A stretch of 60,210 nt of DNA, filler included, from Sphacelaria rigidula (Eukaryota): NCBI GenBank assembly GCA_964200075.2. It is 6 parts of 6 records of this genome, joined end to end, with 100 filler letters (N's around TTAATTAATTAA, not from the genome) between each part and the next. Parts side by side here need not be neighbours in the genome. Positions count along the whole stretch, not along the records: positions 40,211 to 50,161 come from CAXNAA020007431.1; positions 50,262 to 60,210 come from CAXNAA020007432.1; 4 more parts are not named here. One strand, 5' to 3'. A program made the translations under genes and the position numbers. The notes beneath the pieces are model-generated. The model worked only from the letters and a program-made list of their open reading frames with translations. It ran no database searches and was not told the DNA's origin. The first letter of the stretch is position 1; each line of letters begins with the position of its first letter. Shown here one piece after another: positions 49,285 through 60,210 of this stretch.

Positions 49285-49504
49285 CACACGCGGCCGTTTG
49301 GCTACCTCCAAAATTCCTCGAGGTGGGCAAACGTTTCGAGCTTCCAGAGGAATCAAACGCCTCCGGAGGGGTGCACGGCCCTCCAGAGGAAATTTCTTGG
49401 TTTTCTCCAGAGGGATCAAATGCCTCCGGGGGCTTATTTTTGCCCCTGGAGGGCCGCGCATCCCTCCGGAGGCATTTTGGGGTGTAGCCAAATGGCCGCG
49501 TGTG
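49285..49504. mobile_element. CAC..GTG-ended MITE with 2-bp TSD (CMC/EnSpm-like)
   Basis: CA|CACACGCGGCCGTTTGGCTACCTCCAAAAT ... ATTTTGGGGTGTAGCCAAATGGCCGCGTGTG|CA; about 8 internal CCTCC(A/G)GAGG-like palindromes. Confidence 0.82.
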
Positions 49505-50161
49505 CACTCGGAACAGAGTCTTCTTTGAGGGGTGATAACAAATCCTGTGCGCCGAAAGGCGAAATCTCCCCCATCATCAACCGCAAGATAGGCACTTCGG
49601 AAAACGGGTACGAGCTGGGTCACCAATAAACATGTGCATTTCGGTTAGGGTTATGCGGTGCCCAATGTTTGCAGTTACGAGGTGAAATTTCGTGACGACA
49701 TTCGTACCATCAATACGCAGAAATTCAGAGGAGCAGCTAATGAAAAGTGAAACAAAATGAACACCTGCATATGCAAAGTCTTACTCCAGTTGCGGCTCCT
49801 CACTCATAGAAGTAGGCACCGCATCACACTTTTCGTGACTATTGTGCCAAAATTGTGCCGTCTTCAAATCTTCACCAAATATGCTGAGTGCAGTTTTCCG
49901 GGCATTACTTCCCAACGAAAATGAATCACAGAACGAGATTCTGACCGTGTTTTTCTTTGGAGTCATCCTACGATAGGGAGGGGGGGGGTATTTGGTTGCA
50001 CGAAAAAAGAGGCTCATAATTGTATCAGACATCCTTCCACACTTGCGTTGCACTTATACTCGGTTCCAAACGGTGTCAGGCAGAATAGATGAGCGTTATT
50101 GATCCACAACAAGCGTGTTCGAACAACCATTGCTGCTTTCAACGACGATCTGACTCGAAAT

Positions 50162-50261
50162 NNNNNNNNNNNNNNNNNNNNNNNNNNNNNNNNNNNNNNN
50201 NNNNNTTAATTAATTAANNNNNNNNNNNNNNNNNNNNNNNNNNNNNNNNNNNNNNNNNNNN
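50162..50261. other. Artificial contig linker
   Basis: Same cassette. Confidence 0.97.
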
Positions 50262-50332
50262 CGGGAATCGAACCCCACTACTCAACCGTCAGAAGGTTAC
50301 GAGGTTACTAACTGAGCCACCGGGGCGACCGG
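50262..50332 (-). mobile_element. tRNA-derived head of SINE (contig-truncated)
   Basis: Minus strand CCGGTCGCCCCGGTGGCTCAGTTAGTAACCTCG..GGTTCGATTCCCG with A and B boxes; matches 7900-7970. Confidence 0.82.
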
Positions 50333-50829
50333 TACTCTCTCTATGCATGAAAATCGCAGTAGCATTCCGTCATGCTGGCCTGATCATCCACTCCAAGCAA
50401 TATCCTCCCAGGTTTCATACATCGCTATGTATGCACGAAGCTAGAAAGTCTCAATCCAAACGACCCTGAAAACCACGGGAAAAGTTCGGCCACCAAGTCA
50501 AAACCGTCCGTAGAACATCAAACAAACTGGGATACATAGCATGCTATTCTACCGAATTGTTCAAACCATACAGCGCATCAACACGTACAAACATACCACA
50601 CGTCGGACGGATCACTTCCCATAGGATGCGGGTAATACAGCTCAAGTGTGAACACACATGTGTACCCGATTTGGATGATACAGTTCAACTAGTTATGGAG
50701 CGGTCCTCGTGATCCGGATATCATCGATCAGGAGGCAAGTATCTTGTACGGGTTATAAGGATACACAGGTTCTTCTTGACGTTTCGTGTACACCTAATTC
50801 GGATTACATAGGTGTGCCCAAGGAGATCA

Positions 50830-51000
50830 TGTACGGATACTCGAGTCATACAGATCATCATCAGACATATATGTACGAATCACACGGATCATATAGATCA
50901 TCATCAGACAGACATGCACGAATCGCACGGGTAGTACAGGTCATCATCAGACAGACATAACGAACCGCACGGGTCATACAGGTCATCATCGGACAAATAT
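50830..51000. repeat. Minisatellite, ~43-nt unit, about 4 copies
   Basis: TCATACAGRTCATCATCAGACA..ACGAATCGCACGGG units at 50846, 50889, 50932 and 50974. Confidence 0.85.
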
Positions 51001-51129
51001 CTACCATGCGAGCAAGTCAAATCAGGGCTCCCCACGTGGACCTCCACGGCAGTACTAGCCTGGCTTAACTTTGGGCGTGTTCATGTTGATTGTTGAAAGA
51101 TGTTACGGCAAGCGCCAATGAATGCAGAC

Positions 51130-52062
51130 ACAGCCAGCATACGGACTTGTGAACATGCGCGTTGTACAAGGGCCATACGGGTTACCAGGAATACTGAATA
51201 CTGTTCATTGTATACTTCATTCGCATGCGCCGACAGTGCACATCTTCAGAAATAGTATGCAGCCTTACAGTGGAACCACCCGGAATAAAACATACACATA
51301 CGTATTTCATATTCCATATGCCCGGGTTCCTACAGCCAACATACGGACTTGTGAACAAGCACATTGTACCAGGACCAGGGTACCAGGTGAGGATTACTGA
51401 ACAGTGTTTATTGTATACTTCATTCGGATGCGCCGACAGTGCACATCTTTGGTAAAAATATGCAGCCCTGCCATAGGACCACTTGAATAAAATATACGCA
51501 CTTCATGTTCCAAATGCCGGCGTTGCTACAGCCAACATACGGACTTATGAGCATGCACATTGTACCAGAACACGGGATCGTACAAATGGGGATGGATCTT
51601 TTGTTGAGGATGAGAAACTTGGAGGATTAAAATCTCCGTATCCACACGAAATCTTCGAAATATGGTTCCATTTTTTCACCTACTGATATCTTTTGACAAC
51701 TGCTAAACGCCATAGAAATTTAGATCTCGATAACCGAAATGTTGGGGTGCTAGGTGAAAAAACAATTTCGGGGAATTTGAGGTGTCCAAACGGACGCCAA
51801 AATGGTTCCGAAATTGGTTTTTCACCTAGGACCCCATCATTTAGGTGATCGAGATCCAGATTTCTATGGCGTTTAGCAATTGTCAATAGATATCAGTAGG
51901 TGAAAAAATGGAACCATATTTCGAAGATTTCGTGTGGATACGAAGAGTTTAATTAACCGGTATTCTCATCCCCAATAAAAGATCCTTCCCCAATTTGTAA
52001 GATCCCGTGTTCCAGGGCCATCCGAGTTAGCAGGTGAGGATTATTGAATACTGTTTATTGTA
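51130..52062. repeat. Tandem ~200-bp repeat (2.5 units; third interrupted by a MITE)
   Basis: ACAGCCARCATACGGACTTRTGA at 51130, 51332 and 51528; further fragments at ~54140-54220 and ~58460-58560. Confidence 0.85.
51569..52011. mobile_element. Foldback MITE (443 bp, arms ~200 bp), 4-bp TSD CCAG
   Basis: CCAG|AACACGGGATC ... GATCCCGTGTT|CCAG; the arms are reverse-complementary almost to the centre; neighbouring repeat units lack the insert. Confidence 0.92.
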
Positions 52063-52825
52063 TAGAGATTGCAATGTGTCCAGGGCGCTTCCAATTCAAT
52101 TTATTTCGGTGTTTTTGGGACGTTGCCGTCTCGGGTTTCGGCGGTAAACGCGGAGTGGTCTCGGCTGGGCCCTTTACTCTAAAATGAAGACCTGCCCGTA
52201 TTTATTTTGTACTCAGACGTGGTATCGATCTCCTTACGGTAGGTAGTGGAAGGACTGGTGGACTCGCCCAGTTTTCATCATCTTAATGCTTTGTTTTGTG
52301 TCTCGTTCGAATCACGTGTTGTATGAAAAACTACCTGGGCTGCAGTATGGTTGCGCCCTCGCATTCCTTGCCAAAAACTACGATCCCCGCGCCTCGGACA
52401 CAGTACAGTTCATGATAACCAGAGCATGTCGGTGGCGTCTATTTCACGCATATCCGTTTTTGAACTGGCACGGTATACTAGTTCGTACAGCACGGAGCAT
52501 GCGGCAGTACCACGAGTAGATCGAAAAACTGGTACACCACATCTCCAAGTGCAACAACGATGGACTCGCTGGCATTTCTTCTGCGTGCTTTCGAATAAAG
52601 CGTCATGAAAACATGAGGAGTAATACCGTGACGGGCTGCCACAGGAGGGTACAACGCTGTAGTGCACAAGTGCGCTAGCACGGTGTTGGCAAGACGGAAA
52701 CGCTAGCGCGCGTGCTACTCGAAAATAACGCTCTCCGTCCGTTAATTTAATTCAATGCGTTTTATTGAATTTCAATGCAGAGGTTACCCTACGGGTGTGG
52801 AGTCAATACTACTGTGTACCAACCG
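52060..52825. repeat. Direct duplication A (very similar copy at 54220-54995)
   Basis: Near-identical sequence and ORF translations (52286-52519 vs 54451-54684; 52410-52667 vs 54575-54832). Confidence 0.93.
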
Positions 52826-54140
52826 CGGTGTGACGCCTTAGGCGGTACTACCTGATCACTGCACAGCGGCAGGGTGCAGGGTGACAAACCATACTGCAGA
52901 ACGTCGCATCCTCAGTCCATCCCTCTTCCGCATTGATTTCGTGTTGTCCTATGCGGGTCGCCACATCATGAGTGCAGCCGTTGTATCGCAACCAAGGTGT
53001 ACGCAAAATATGAACCTCCTCGCTAATTTCTATATTGCCACGTCACATTTTGTAGAGCTATCCTTGTTGCAGCTGCAGCGTGCGTTTGCCCCAACTGGTG
53101 CACGCAGGAATGAAAGGCCGCCTTCGCCGCTGTAATGGCTGCTTGTATCTTGGACGAAGCTGTATGGTAACTGCAATGCGTGAGAGGACCGCGCGCTTAG
53201 AGGACCACATCCGAATTTGAACATCCCCAAGGGTAGGGTTAGGGTTAGGGTTAGGGTTGGGGTTATGGTCAGGGGCGCGGTACCTGCAGGGACTGACCCG
53301 ATTGGTTTTGAAAGAGATCGATTCTACGGTGTTTTGAACTACGGCGCGGTCCTCTAAGCACGCGGTCCTCTCACGCATTACAGTAACAGCCGCGGCTGGT
53401 GCGCCCACATAAACCGAAAGGCGGAGACCGGCGTCCAGAATTCATGGGACGACAACACACACAGCACACTCGACGTTGCGCAGTACACTTTCCACATCGT
53501 GTTCGTACTGTCTGTATAATTGTTTTGTCCACGGTTTGGTACATTTTCCATATATAATGCAGCGGCAACATCTGGGCGAATTGCCCGTGAGGCAATCGCC
53601 AAAATATTCACCTGCAAGCTCTGCTCCAGTGTACTAAAAGTTGACATTGCTAGAAGGACACTACCATAACCACCTTGCTGGCTACCAGTCTGGCACAGAC
53701 TATCAGGACGTAGGATCCGCTAGCATTGCCACTGTCAGGTACGTTTTGGAGCATGATACTCGATGTAGATCATCCTTGTACATGGGCACCAAACGCTGGG
53801 GATTCTTAGTCAAGACTTTAATTTGGAGGGTGATACTAGGTGGACAGCGGCAACTGCTGTGTGTCCAGGCCCCCCTTGGAGCAGGATGCGTTTGGTGTCC
53901 GTTTGACAAAGTTATCCCCAAAAACTCGAAATCGATAGGGGTTTTAGAGTGGAAAAATCTAGCAAAAAGAGTATCGCAAGGATCCGATCGCAAGAATCAC
54001 GACGCAAAAGGGGTATCGCAAGAACTCGGTCGCAAGAATTAGGTCGCAAGGATCCTGACGCAAAAACTGAGTCGCAAAAATCCAGTTAATCGATTGTTTA
54101 CCCGCAGCAAACCAACTTCACTTCGTGGAATTGCAACTTC
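52785..54140. repeat. Direct duplication B (more diverged copy at 57305-58455); includes a SINE tail fragment
   Basis: Colinear similarity by eye; SINE 3' piece at ~53394-53461 and ~57703-57770; CGCAAG(G/A)ATC-type short repeats at the right end of both copies. Confidence 0.88.
53172..53382. mobile_element. TG..CA-ended MITE (211 bp, 5-bp TSD GTAAC) carrying (TTAGGG)n
   Basis: GTAAC|TGCAATGCGTGAGAGGACCGCGCGCTTAGAGGACC ... GGTCCTCTAAGCACGCGGTCCTCTCACGCATTACA|GTAAC; the paralogous site near 57690 has a single GTAAC and no insert; telomere-type repeats at ~53231-53264. Confidence 0.92.
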
Positions 54141-54219
54141 AGTCGGATGCGCCGACAGTGCACATCTTCGGGGAAAATATGCAGATCTATACCGTGAAAC
54201 CATTCGGAATGAAATATAC

Positions 54220-54995
54220 GTATAGATTGCCCTCTGTCCAGGGCGCTTCCAATTTCAATTTATTTCGGTGTTTGGAACGTTGCCGTCTCGGATTTCGGCG
54301 GTGAACCCGAAGTGGCCCTCTACTCTAAAATGAAGATCTGCCCGTAACTTATTTTGTACTCAGACGTGGTATCGATCTCCTTACGGTAGGTAGTGGAAGG
54401 ACTGGTGGACTCGTTTCAGTACCAAAACGCTGCCAGGTACCATCATGTAAATGCTTTGTTTTGTGTCTCGTTCGAATCACGTGTTGTATGAAAAACTACC
54501 TGTGCTGCAGTATGGTTGCGCCCTCGCATTCCTTGCCAAAAACTACGATCCCCGCGCCTCGGACACAGTACAGTTCATGATAACCAGAGCATGTCGGTGG
54601 CGTCTATTTCACGCATATCCGTTTTTGAACTGGTACGGTATACTAGTTCGTACAGCACGGAGCATACGGCAGTACCACGAGTAGATCGAAAAACTGGTAC
54701 ACCACATCTCCAAGTGCAACAACGATGGACTCGCTGGCATTTCTTCTGCGTGCTTTCGAATAAAGCGTCATGAAAACATGAGGAGTAATACCGTGACGGG
54801 CTGCCACAGGAGGGTACAACGCTGTAGTGCACAAGTGCGCTAGCACGGTGTTGGCAAGACGGAAACGCTAGCGCGCGTGCTACTCGAAAATAACGCTCTC
54901 CGTCCGTTAATTTAATTCAGTGCGTTTTATTGAATTTCAATGCAGAGGTTAGTTACCCTACGGGTGTTGAGTCAATACTACTGTGTACCAACCGC
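54220..54995. repeat. Second copy of duplication A
   Basis: Matches 52060-52825; identity ends abruptly after GTGTACCAACCGC. Confidence 0.93.
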
Positions 54996-55230
54996 CGTCG
55001 AAAGGGTGAGGACATGAGCGGGAGATGGCTTGATACCTTGAGACCACGGACTCGCCCCGAGGAAGGGGAGGGGTTCAAAGTGCGACAAAAAAATAAGGTA
55101 GTGGGCCTGTGTTATCGAATCCAAGAATGTGGGAGAGCAACGTGATAGCGATAGATAGTGATTGTGGCGGTTGGGGATTTTTATTCTTTTCTCATGATTT
55201 CGATCGGATGTATTTGATGCCATATTCTCA

Positions 55231-56035
55231 GGGTCCTTCTTAACGAAGGGGATAATCCCTTTTGATCAAATCCCTTTTTTGAAAAACGCCCGGTGATTGG
55301 TCGCTGCGATACCACCCCCCCCAAAAAAAACAAATCCCCTTAACGTGCACGGAAATCCCCTTTTCAAAAGGGGAAGTCCGGAAACATCGAAGAGGAACAT
55401 ACGTGTCCGGTTGACAGGGGCACATGCAAAGGCCTACCACAAGATCCAACACAATCAGAGCTGAACCTGAGGAACTTGGTGGCCCCGCGAACCAAAAATA
55501 CACAGCTCGAGACCTAGCTGCTCATCAGCTGTGCACGTCGTGCGTGACCTTGCTCAAACCTCTTCAAAATTCATTGAGAACTGATGATTTGTGTGAGACG
55601 CGTGCGTAGCACACGCTTACAAAACGGTCAGCAACGACACGTTTTGGGTTGTGTTTGACACGCATGCGGCCGCCATTCGTCCAATACAGAACGGATTTCC
55701 GTCACACAAAGACTGCCGTGTGTAGATTAGCAAGGGCTAGCAGTAAAATTAATGCGCGTGAGTGGTAGGTGCCTGTGCGTGTTTTTGAGGGGCTGGGTGT
55801 GTAGCTGTTGTGTTGCCTTGTTGTGCATTGCCTGCAGCATTACACAGACCTTGGACCTGCTAGGACTAACGACCACTTCTAAACCCGCCGCGTTTCTCAA
55901 TCTGCGTGCAGATCTGGGTTCCAATCTGTACAAATCTGCTTGTCGATATGACTCGGGACTCGTCGTTTTGGTGCCAATCCCCCGTCAAAAGGGGATTGTG
56001 AAAAAGGGGTTAATCCCCTTCGTTAAGGAGGGCCC
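55231..56035. mobile_element. PIF/Harbinger-type non-autonomous element (805 bp, 3-bp TSD TCA)
   Basis: TCA|GGGTCCTTCTTAACGAAGGGGATAATCCC ... GGGGTTAATCCCCTTCGTTAAGGAGGGCCC|TCA. Confidence 0.85.
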
Positions 56036-56223
56036 TCATCTCCCCCAAAATCACTCTCACGAAAAATAATATTTCAGGAATTGATTTTCGTGAGAGCGGA
56101 TGGACATTTGCGTGAGAATGCGAAGAGCAACGTCACATGGTTGCAAGGCGCGGGCTCTTGGGCTCTTCATGGGACAGACCGTTGGCTTCCCGTCACTAGC
56201 AGCATTAGCCAGGCTGGCTTCAA

Positions 56224-57155
56224 TCCCATCACCAGCAGTGGCCACGTGTGGGGGACACACTCCACGTGCACAGCTCCCACAGGGAGATGCGCACAGCTAT
56301 ATCTCCCAAAACTTCGCCGAGTGAGCAAGCACAAACCCATCGGCGGGTAAAACGTACTAGCGCTGTCCAACACGGTGGCGATCACTCGCAAGGTGCGTGG
56401 GTATTGTCGCACGGTCGAAACACGGACCGTCTACAATCAAGAGCAGCAGCAGCAGCGGTAGCAGCATTGGCTGCGGCTGATTCAGACCCACCCCCAGCTG
56501 TACACATTTACTGGCAATGAAGATGCTGCTGCTGCTGCTGCTGCTTCTCGTGCGGGAGGCGGTCCGCGTTTCGACGTGCGACAATATCCATGCACCTGTC
56601 GCGTTATTGCCCCCTCCTATTTAAAATCGACTATGATCTGTTCGCGAGTTGTTACCCCCATACAGTAGCATTTTCAGCACGAGTACAAATCACTTATTTC
56701 CCCCTGTATTGGACGCTGACTTCATTCCCATCACCAGCGGCAGCCACGCGTGCGAGACACACCCGACGTGCACAGCTCGCAAAAATACGCGCAACTATAT
56801 CTCCCAACACTTAGCCTAGTGAGGAAGCATAGACCCATCGGCGGGTAGTACGGGACAGCGCTTTCCAGCACGGTGGCTTCACGTGCAAGGTGCGTGATGG
56901 GCGTTGTAGTGATAGCACGATGGAAACGTGGACTATCTTTTCCATGAGTAAGGACGGCAGCAGCAGCAGCAGTATCGGCACCGGCGCATTTAGACCCACA
57001 CCCAGCCGCGTACATCTACTGGCAAAAACGATGCTGCTGATACTGCTGCTCTTGCTTCTTCTCGTGCGGAAGGCAGTCCCCGTTTCGATCTGCGACAATA
57101 CCCATACCCCCTTGCGCGTGATTGCCGCTCTTCTTGAAGTCGCAGGTCTGTTCGC
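56224..57155. repeat. Two diverged ~500-bp tandem copies; the first contains a long hairpin
   Basis: TCCCATCACCAGC..GCCACG.GTG starts at ~56224 and ~56725; inverted arms GGTGCGTGGGTATTGTCGCACG / CGTGCGACAATATCCATGCACC enclose (CAG)n and (CTG)n tracts. Confidence 0.75.
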
Positions 57156-57304
57156 GTGCTGTTTTACCGTCTTTGTATCACCTGTTGCCTATCCTAGCTT
57201 GCTCGATTAGAACAGCGCGTGGTTTCTCGTGATAATGAAGCTGTTGTCACTTCACTATCACTATCACGAAATAATTATCATGTTCCTTGTTTCGTTCGAA
57301 CATC

Positions 57305-58455
57305 GCCTACCCTTTGGGTGTAGAGCCGATACTGTGTATCGGCCGCGGCATGACGCCTGCGGCGGTACTACCTGCTCACTGCACAGCGGCAGGGTGCAGG
57401 GTGACAGAGCACACCGCAGAACGTCGGATCCTTAGTCTATCCCTGTCCTGCATTGATTTCGCGTTGTCCTATGCAGTTCGCCACATCATGAGAGCAGACG
57501 TTGTACCGCAGCCAAGGTGTACGTAGATGGGATATAAACCTCCTCGCTAATCGCTATATTGCTAGATCACATGTTTTTGAGATGTCCTTGTTGCAGCTGC
57601 AGCGTGCGTTTGCGCCAACTGGCGCACCCGGGAGTGAAAGGCCGCCTCCGCCGCTGTAATGGCTGCCTGCAAATGCGGCGAAGCTGTATGGTAACAGCCG
57701 CGGCTGGTGCGCCCACATATACCGAAAGGTGGAGACCGGCGTCCAGAATTCATGGGACGACAACACACACAGCACACTCGGCGTCGCGCAGTACACTTTC
57801 CACATTCATCGTGTTCGTACTGTCTGCACAATTGTTTTGTCCACGGTTGGGTACATTTTCCATATGTAATGCAGGGGCAACATCTGGGCGAATTGCTGGT
57901 GAGGCAATCGCCGAAATATTCACCTGCAACCTCTGCTCCAGTGTACTGTAAGTTAATATCGCTAGAAGACACCACCATAAACACCTTGCCGGCTGCCAGA
58001 GTGTCACAGACTGTCAGGACGTAGGATCCGCTAGCAGTACGGGGGTGTTGCCCCCTTGTCAGGTGAGTTTTGGAGCATGATACTCGATGTAGATCATTCT
58101 TGTACATGGGCACCAAACGCTTGGGGTTCTTTGTCAAGACTCCGATTTGGAAGATCATACTACGTAGGCAGCGGCAACTTCTGTGTGTCCAGGTGCCCCT
58201 CGAAGCAGGATGCGTTTGGTGTCCGTTTGACAAAGATATCCCCAAAAATACAAAAATCGATAAGGATTTTAAAGTGGAAAAATCTAGCAAAAACCTATCG
58301 CAAGGATATGGTCGCAAGAATCACGACGCACAACAAATACCGCAAGAATCAGGACGCAACGATCACGACGCAAAAACGGACTCGCAAAAACCTCTTCGTC
58401 AAATTTTCACCCGCACCAGAAACCGACTTCACTTTGTGAAATTGGAATTGGAACT
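57305..58455. repeat. Second copy of duplication B (lacks the TTAGGG MITE)
   Basis: Colinear with 52785-54140. Confidence 0.88.
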
Positions 58456-59479
58456 TCGTTTTCCTTATGCCCAGGTTGCTACAGCAAACGTCCGGACTTG
58501 TGAACATGCTTTGTACCCGGGCCATACACGTCAACACGCGAGGGAGCCGAATACTGTTTTCTTGCATACTTGATCCGGATCTCGCATTCTTGGTCCAGAT
58601 CTTCCGGGTGCGGGAAAGAGTTTTTTGTACACTAGATTCGGATTCCACAGGTAAGGGGTGGCCTTTGGTCTACATGACTTCGAATCGCACGGGTCGACGA
58701 CAAGCTACTGCGCTTGCCTATAAATTACAGCTATGTGATGTTGTACAGATGACACGAGTCTGCATATCAGTTGTACACGAAAGTGTGTGTGTGAACTGGG
58801 TCGTACAGCTCGTCGCTCGGCAAAGATGTACGGGTCAAGCGGGTCCTACGGATCAGCATCGGACAAACGTGTCCGGGTGACAGCTCATCTCGGACGGATC
58901 ATGATCTATGCCTCAAATGAGCTGACCTGGATCTGTCACGAGCTGATCCGTCCGACGACGTGTGAAACATACACTACATCTCGACTACTCGGGCATACTA
59001 GTCAAAGCCGGTGATTTCTACTTTAGCAGTCCCTGTCTCTACTCAAGCAGCCCCCTCCATCTAGCGGTTCAGTGTTTTCCTACCACAGCGGCAGCCCCCC
59101 CCTGGCTTCCAGTACAAGGGCTTGACTCACATACCTCCATACCTTTCGCGAACCACCACAATTCAACAGAGTGAGTCGTCGTTACTCTAGCAGATCGTAT
59201 GCAACATGCTCGCATTATCGAAATGCATCTAGCTAGCCTCGACGTTGGCAAAGGAAGTGGGAGGGGAACGCTCGAACAGTGAACAGCAGGTCGCGAGCGT
59301 ATCCAGCAAGTTTGTACACCAGTAATCAATTGTGCAATGTCATGTTCCTACGCTAGTTGTGCGTACCAAATCACTCCCACCGCTACTCCTTTTCAAGTAA
59401 CCTCCTTGTAGCCTCTCAAACTCCTCCTTCTCGATCAGCTGTCACTACCGAAGGCGTAAGCCACCCTGCTATTATTGAT

Positions 59480-59700
59480 ACATTTCGCCGTTCCACTTTC
59501 AGGATGCGAAATCAGAGGGCAGGACAACTAATAACAAGAAGGAGTGCCCTTTGTACCTGGCTCTCAAACGTTGTGCACATGAATGCCCTGTGAACCGCGT
59601 AGATGACCGGAAAGGGACATTTCTTCGTAGAGGTCAAACCGTCCCTGGGATGCTGTTGCTCGCAAAACTCGGTAACATCAACTGGCAGTACCAGGGGGGT
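59480..59700 (-). pseudogene. Possible decayed hAT transposase C-terminal dimerisation region
   Basis: Manual translation DVTEFCEQQ..FPVIYAVHRAFMCTTFESQVQR..*FRILKVER loosely fits D.L.FW...FP.L...AR..L....TS...ER; weak. Confidence 0.25.
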
Positions 59701-60158
59701 CTGCCAGCCACCCAGCCCAAATATTCATATGATGTTGGCAACAAGCGCACATTACCTCACCGGACAATACTGGTGAAAGATCATACTCTGGCGTTTCCAT
59801 CCTTGTTTTTTCAGGGCTTCCGGGATCCCTCGGCGATACGACCATGTCGTCGGCGAAACCATCACGACCAATCCTTCAGGGGTCGACGTCCCTCAAATAT
59901 GACATATAAACTTGGTATTGGCCGCTGTAAACATGCTCTACTTACTTAACGTCGGCTCGCCAGTGCCCACTCGATGGCACCTCTGAGCTGGGGGGCAAGG
60001 AAACAAAGCGACTCCTTTCAGTACCGCATAGAAGAGTGCTATTCGGGCAGCCACGCCAATATTGATTAGCTGTACAGGGCTTGACCCGCCTTTGCAACCG
60101 ACTGCAGTGAAGCAAAGAATCACTGTTGCTCGGGCCGTAGTTCCGAACATATGCTATT

Positions 60159-60210
60159 AACAACAAATTGTGCGAATTGAGGTTTAAGTTCGAGATGAGG
60201 CTCAAGCCCA
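60159..60210 (+). repeat. Terminus of unclassified high-copy repeat (copy 3)
   Basis: AACAACAAATTGTGCGAATTGAGGTTTAAGTTCGAGATGAGGCTCAAGCC matches copies 1 and 2. Confidence 0.85.

Noticed and set aside
50262-50332. tRNA gene
   Set aside because: A/B boxes are present, but the sequence matches SINE heads that continue into a ~280-nt SINE body in other copies, and no clean cloverleaf is apparent.
52286-52681. Duplicated short ORFs as a gene pair
   Set aside because: Overlapping ORFs on both strands are conserved only because the DNA is recently duplicated; no domain recognised.
53231-53264. True telomere
   Set aside because: Only a few units, internal to a MITE with TIRs and a TSD.

Overview
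The window is not one locus. It is six unrelated contigs of near-identical, descending length (1-9954, 10055-20007, 20108-30059, 30160-40110, 40211-50161, 50262-60210) joined by artificial 100-nt N44-TTAATTAATTAA-N44 linkers. The DNA is eukaryotic and repeat-rich; the repeat families and TTAGGG tract suggest a brown alga or other stramenopile (inference). It is dominated by decayed mobile elements: a near-complete chromodomain Ty3/Gypsy, three Ty1/Copia remnants, two RTE-type LINE remnants, a tRNA-derived SINE family, and many TIR elements/MITEs with identifiable target-site duplications. There are also satellites and local duplications. The only clear non-TE protein homology is a frameshifted Crinkler/RHS-type NTPase pseudogene (30160-31404). 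The most unusual structure is a 1.68-kb TIR element (47141-48824, 8-bp TSD) inserted in a Copia gag. It carries roughly 25 head-to-tail 42-43-nt units of the form RTATTG-N6-CAATATATATTG-N18/19, whose variable segments keep a fixed length but differ in sequence. This is an interspaced dual-repeat array reminiscent of CRISPR/TIGR arrays, or alternatively helically phased transposase sites; no associated effector gene is visible in the window.
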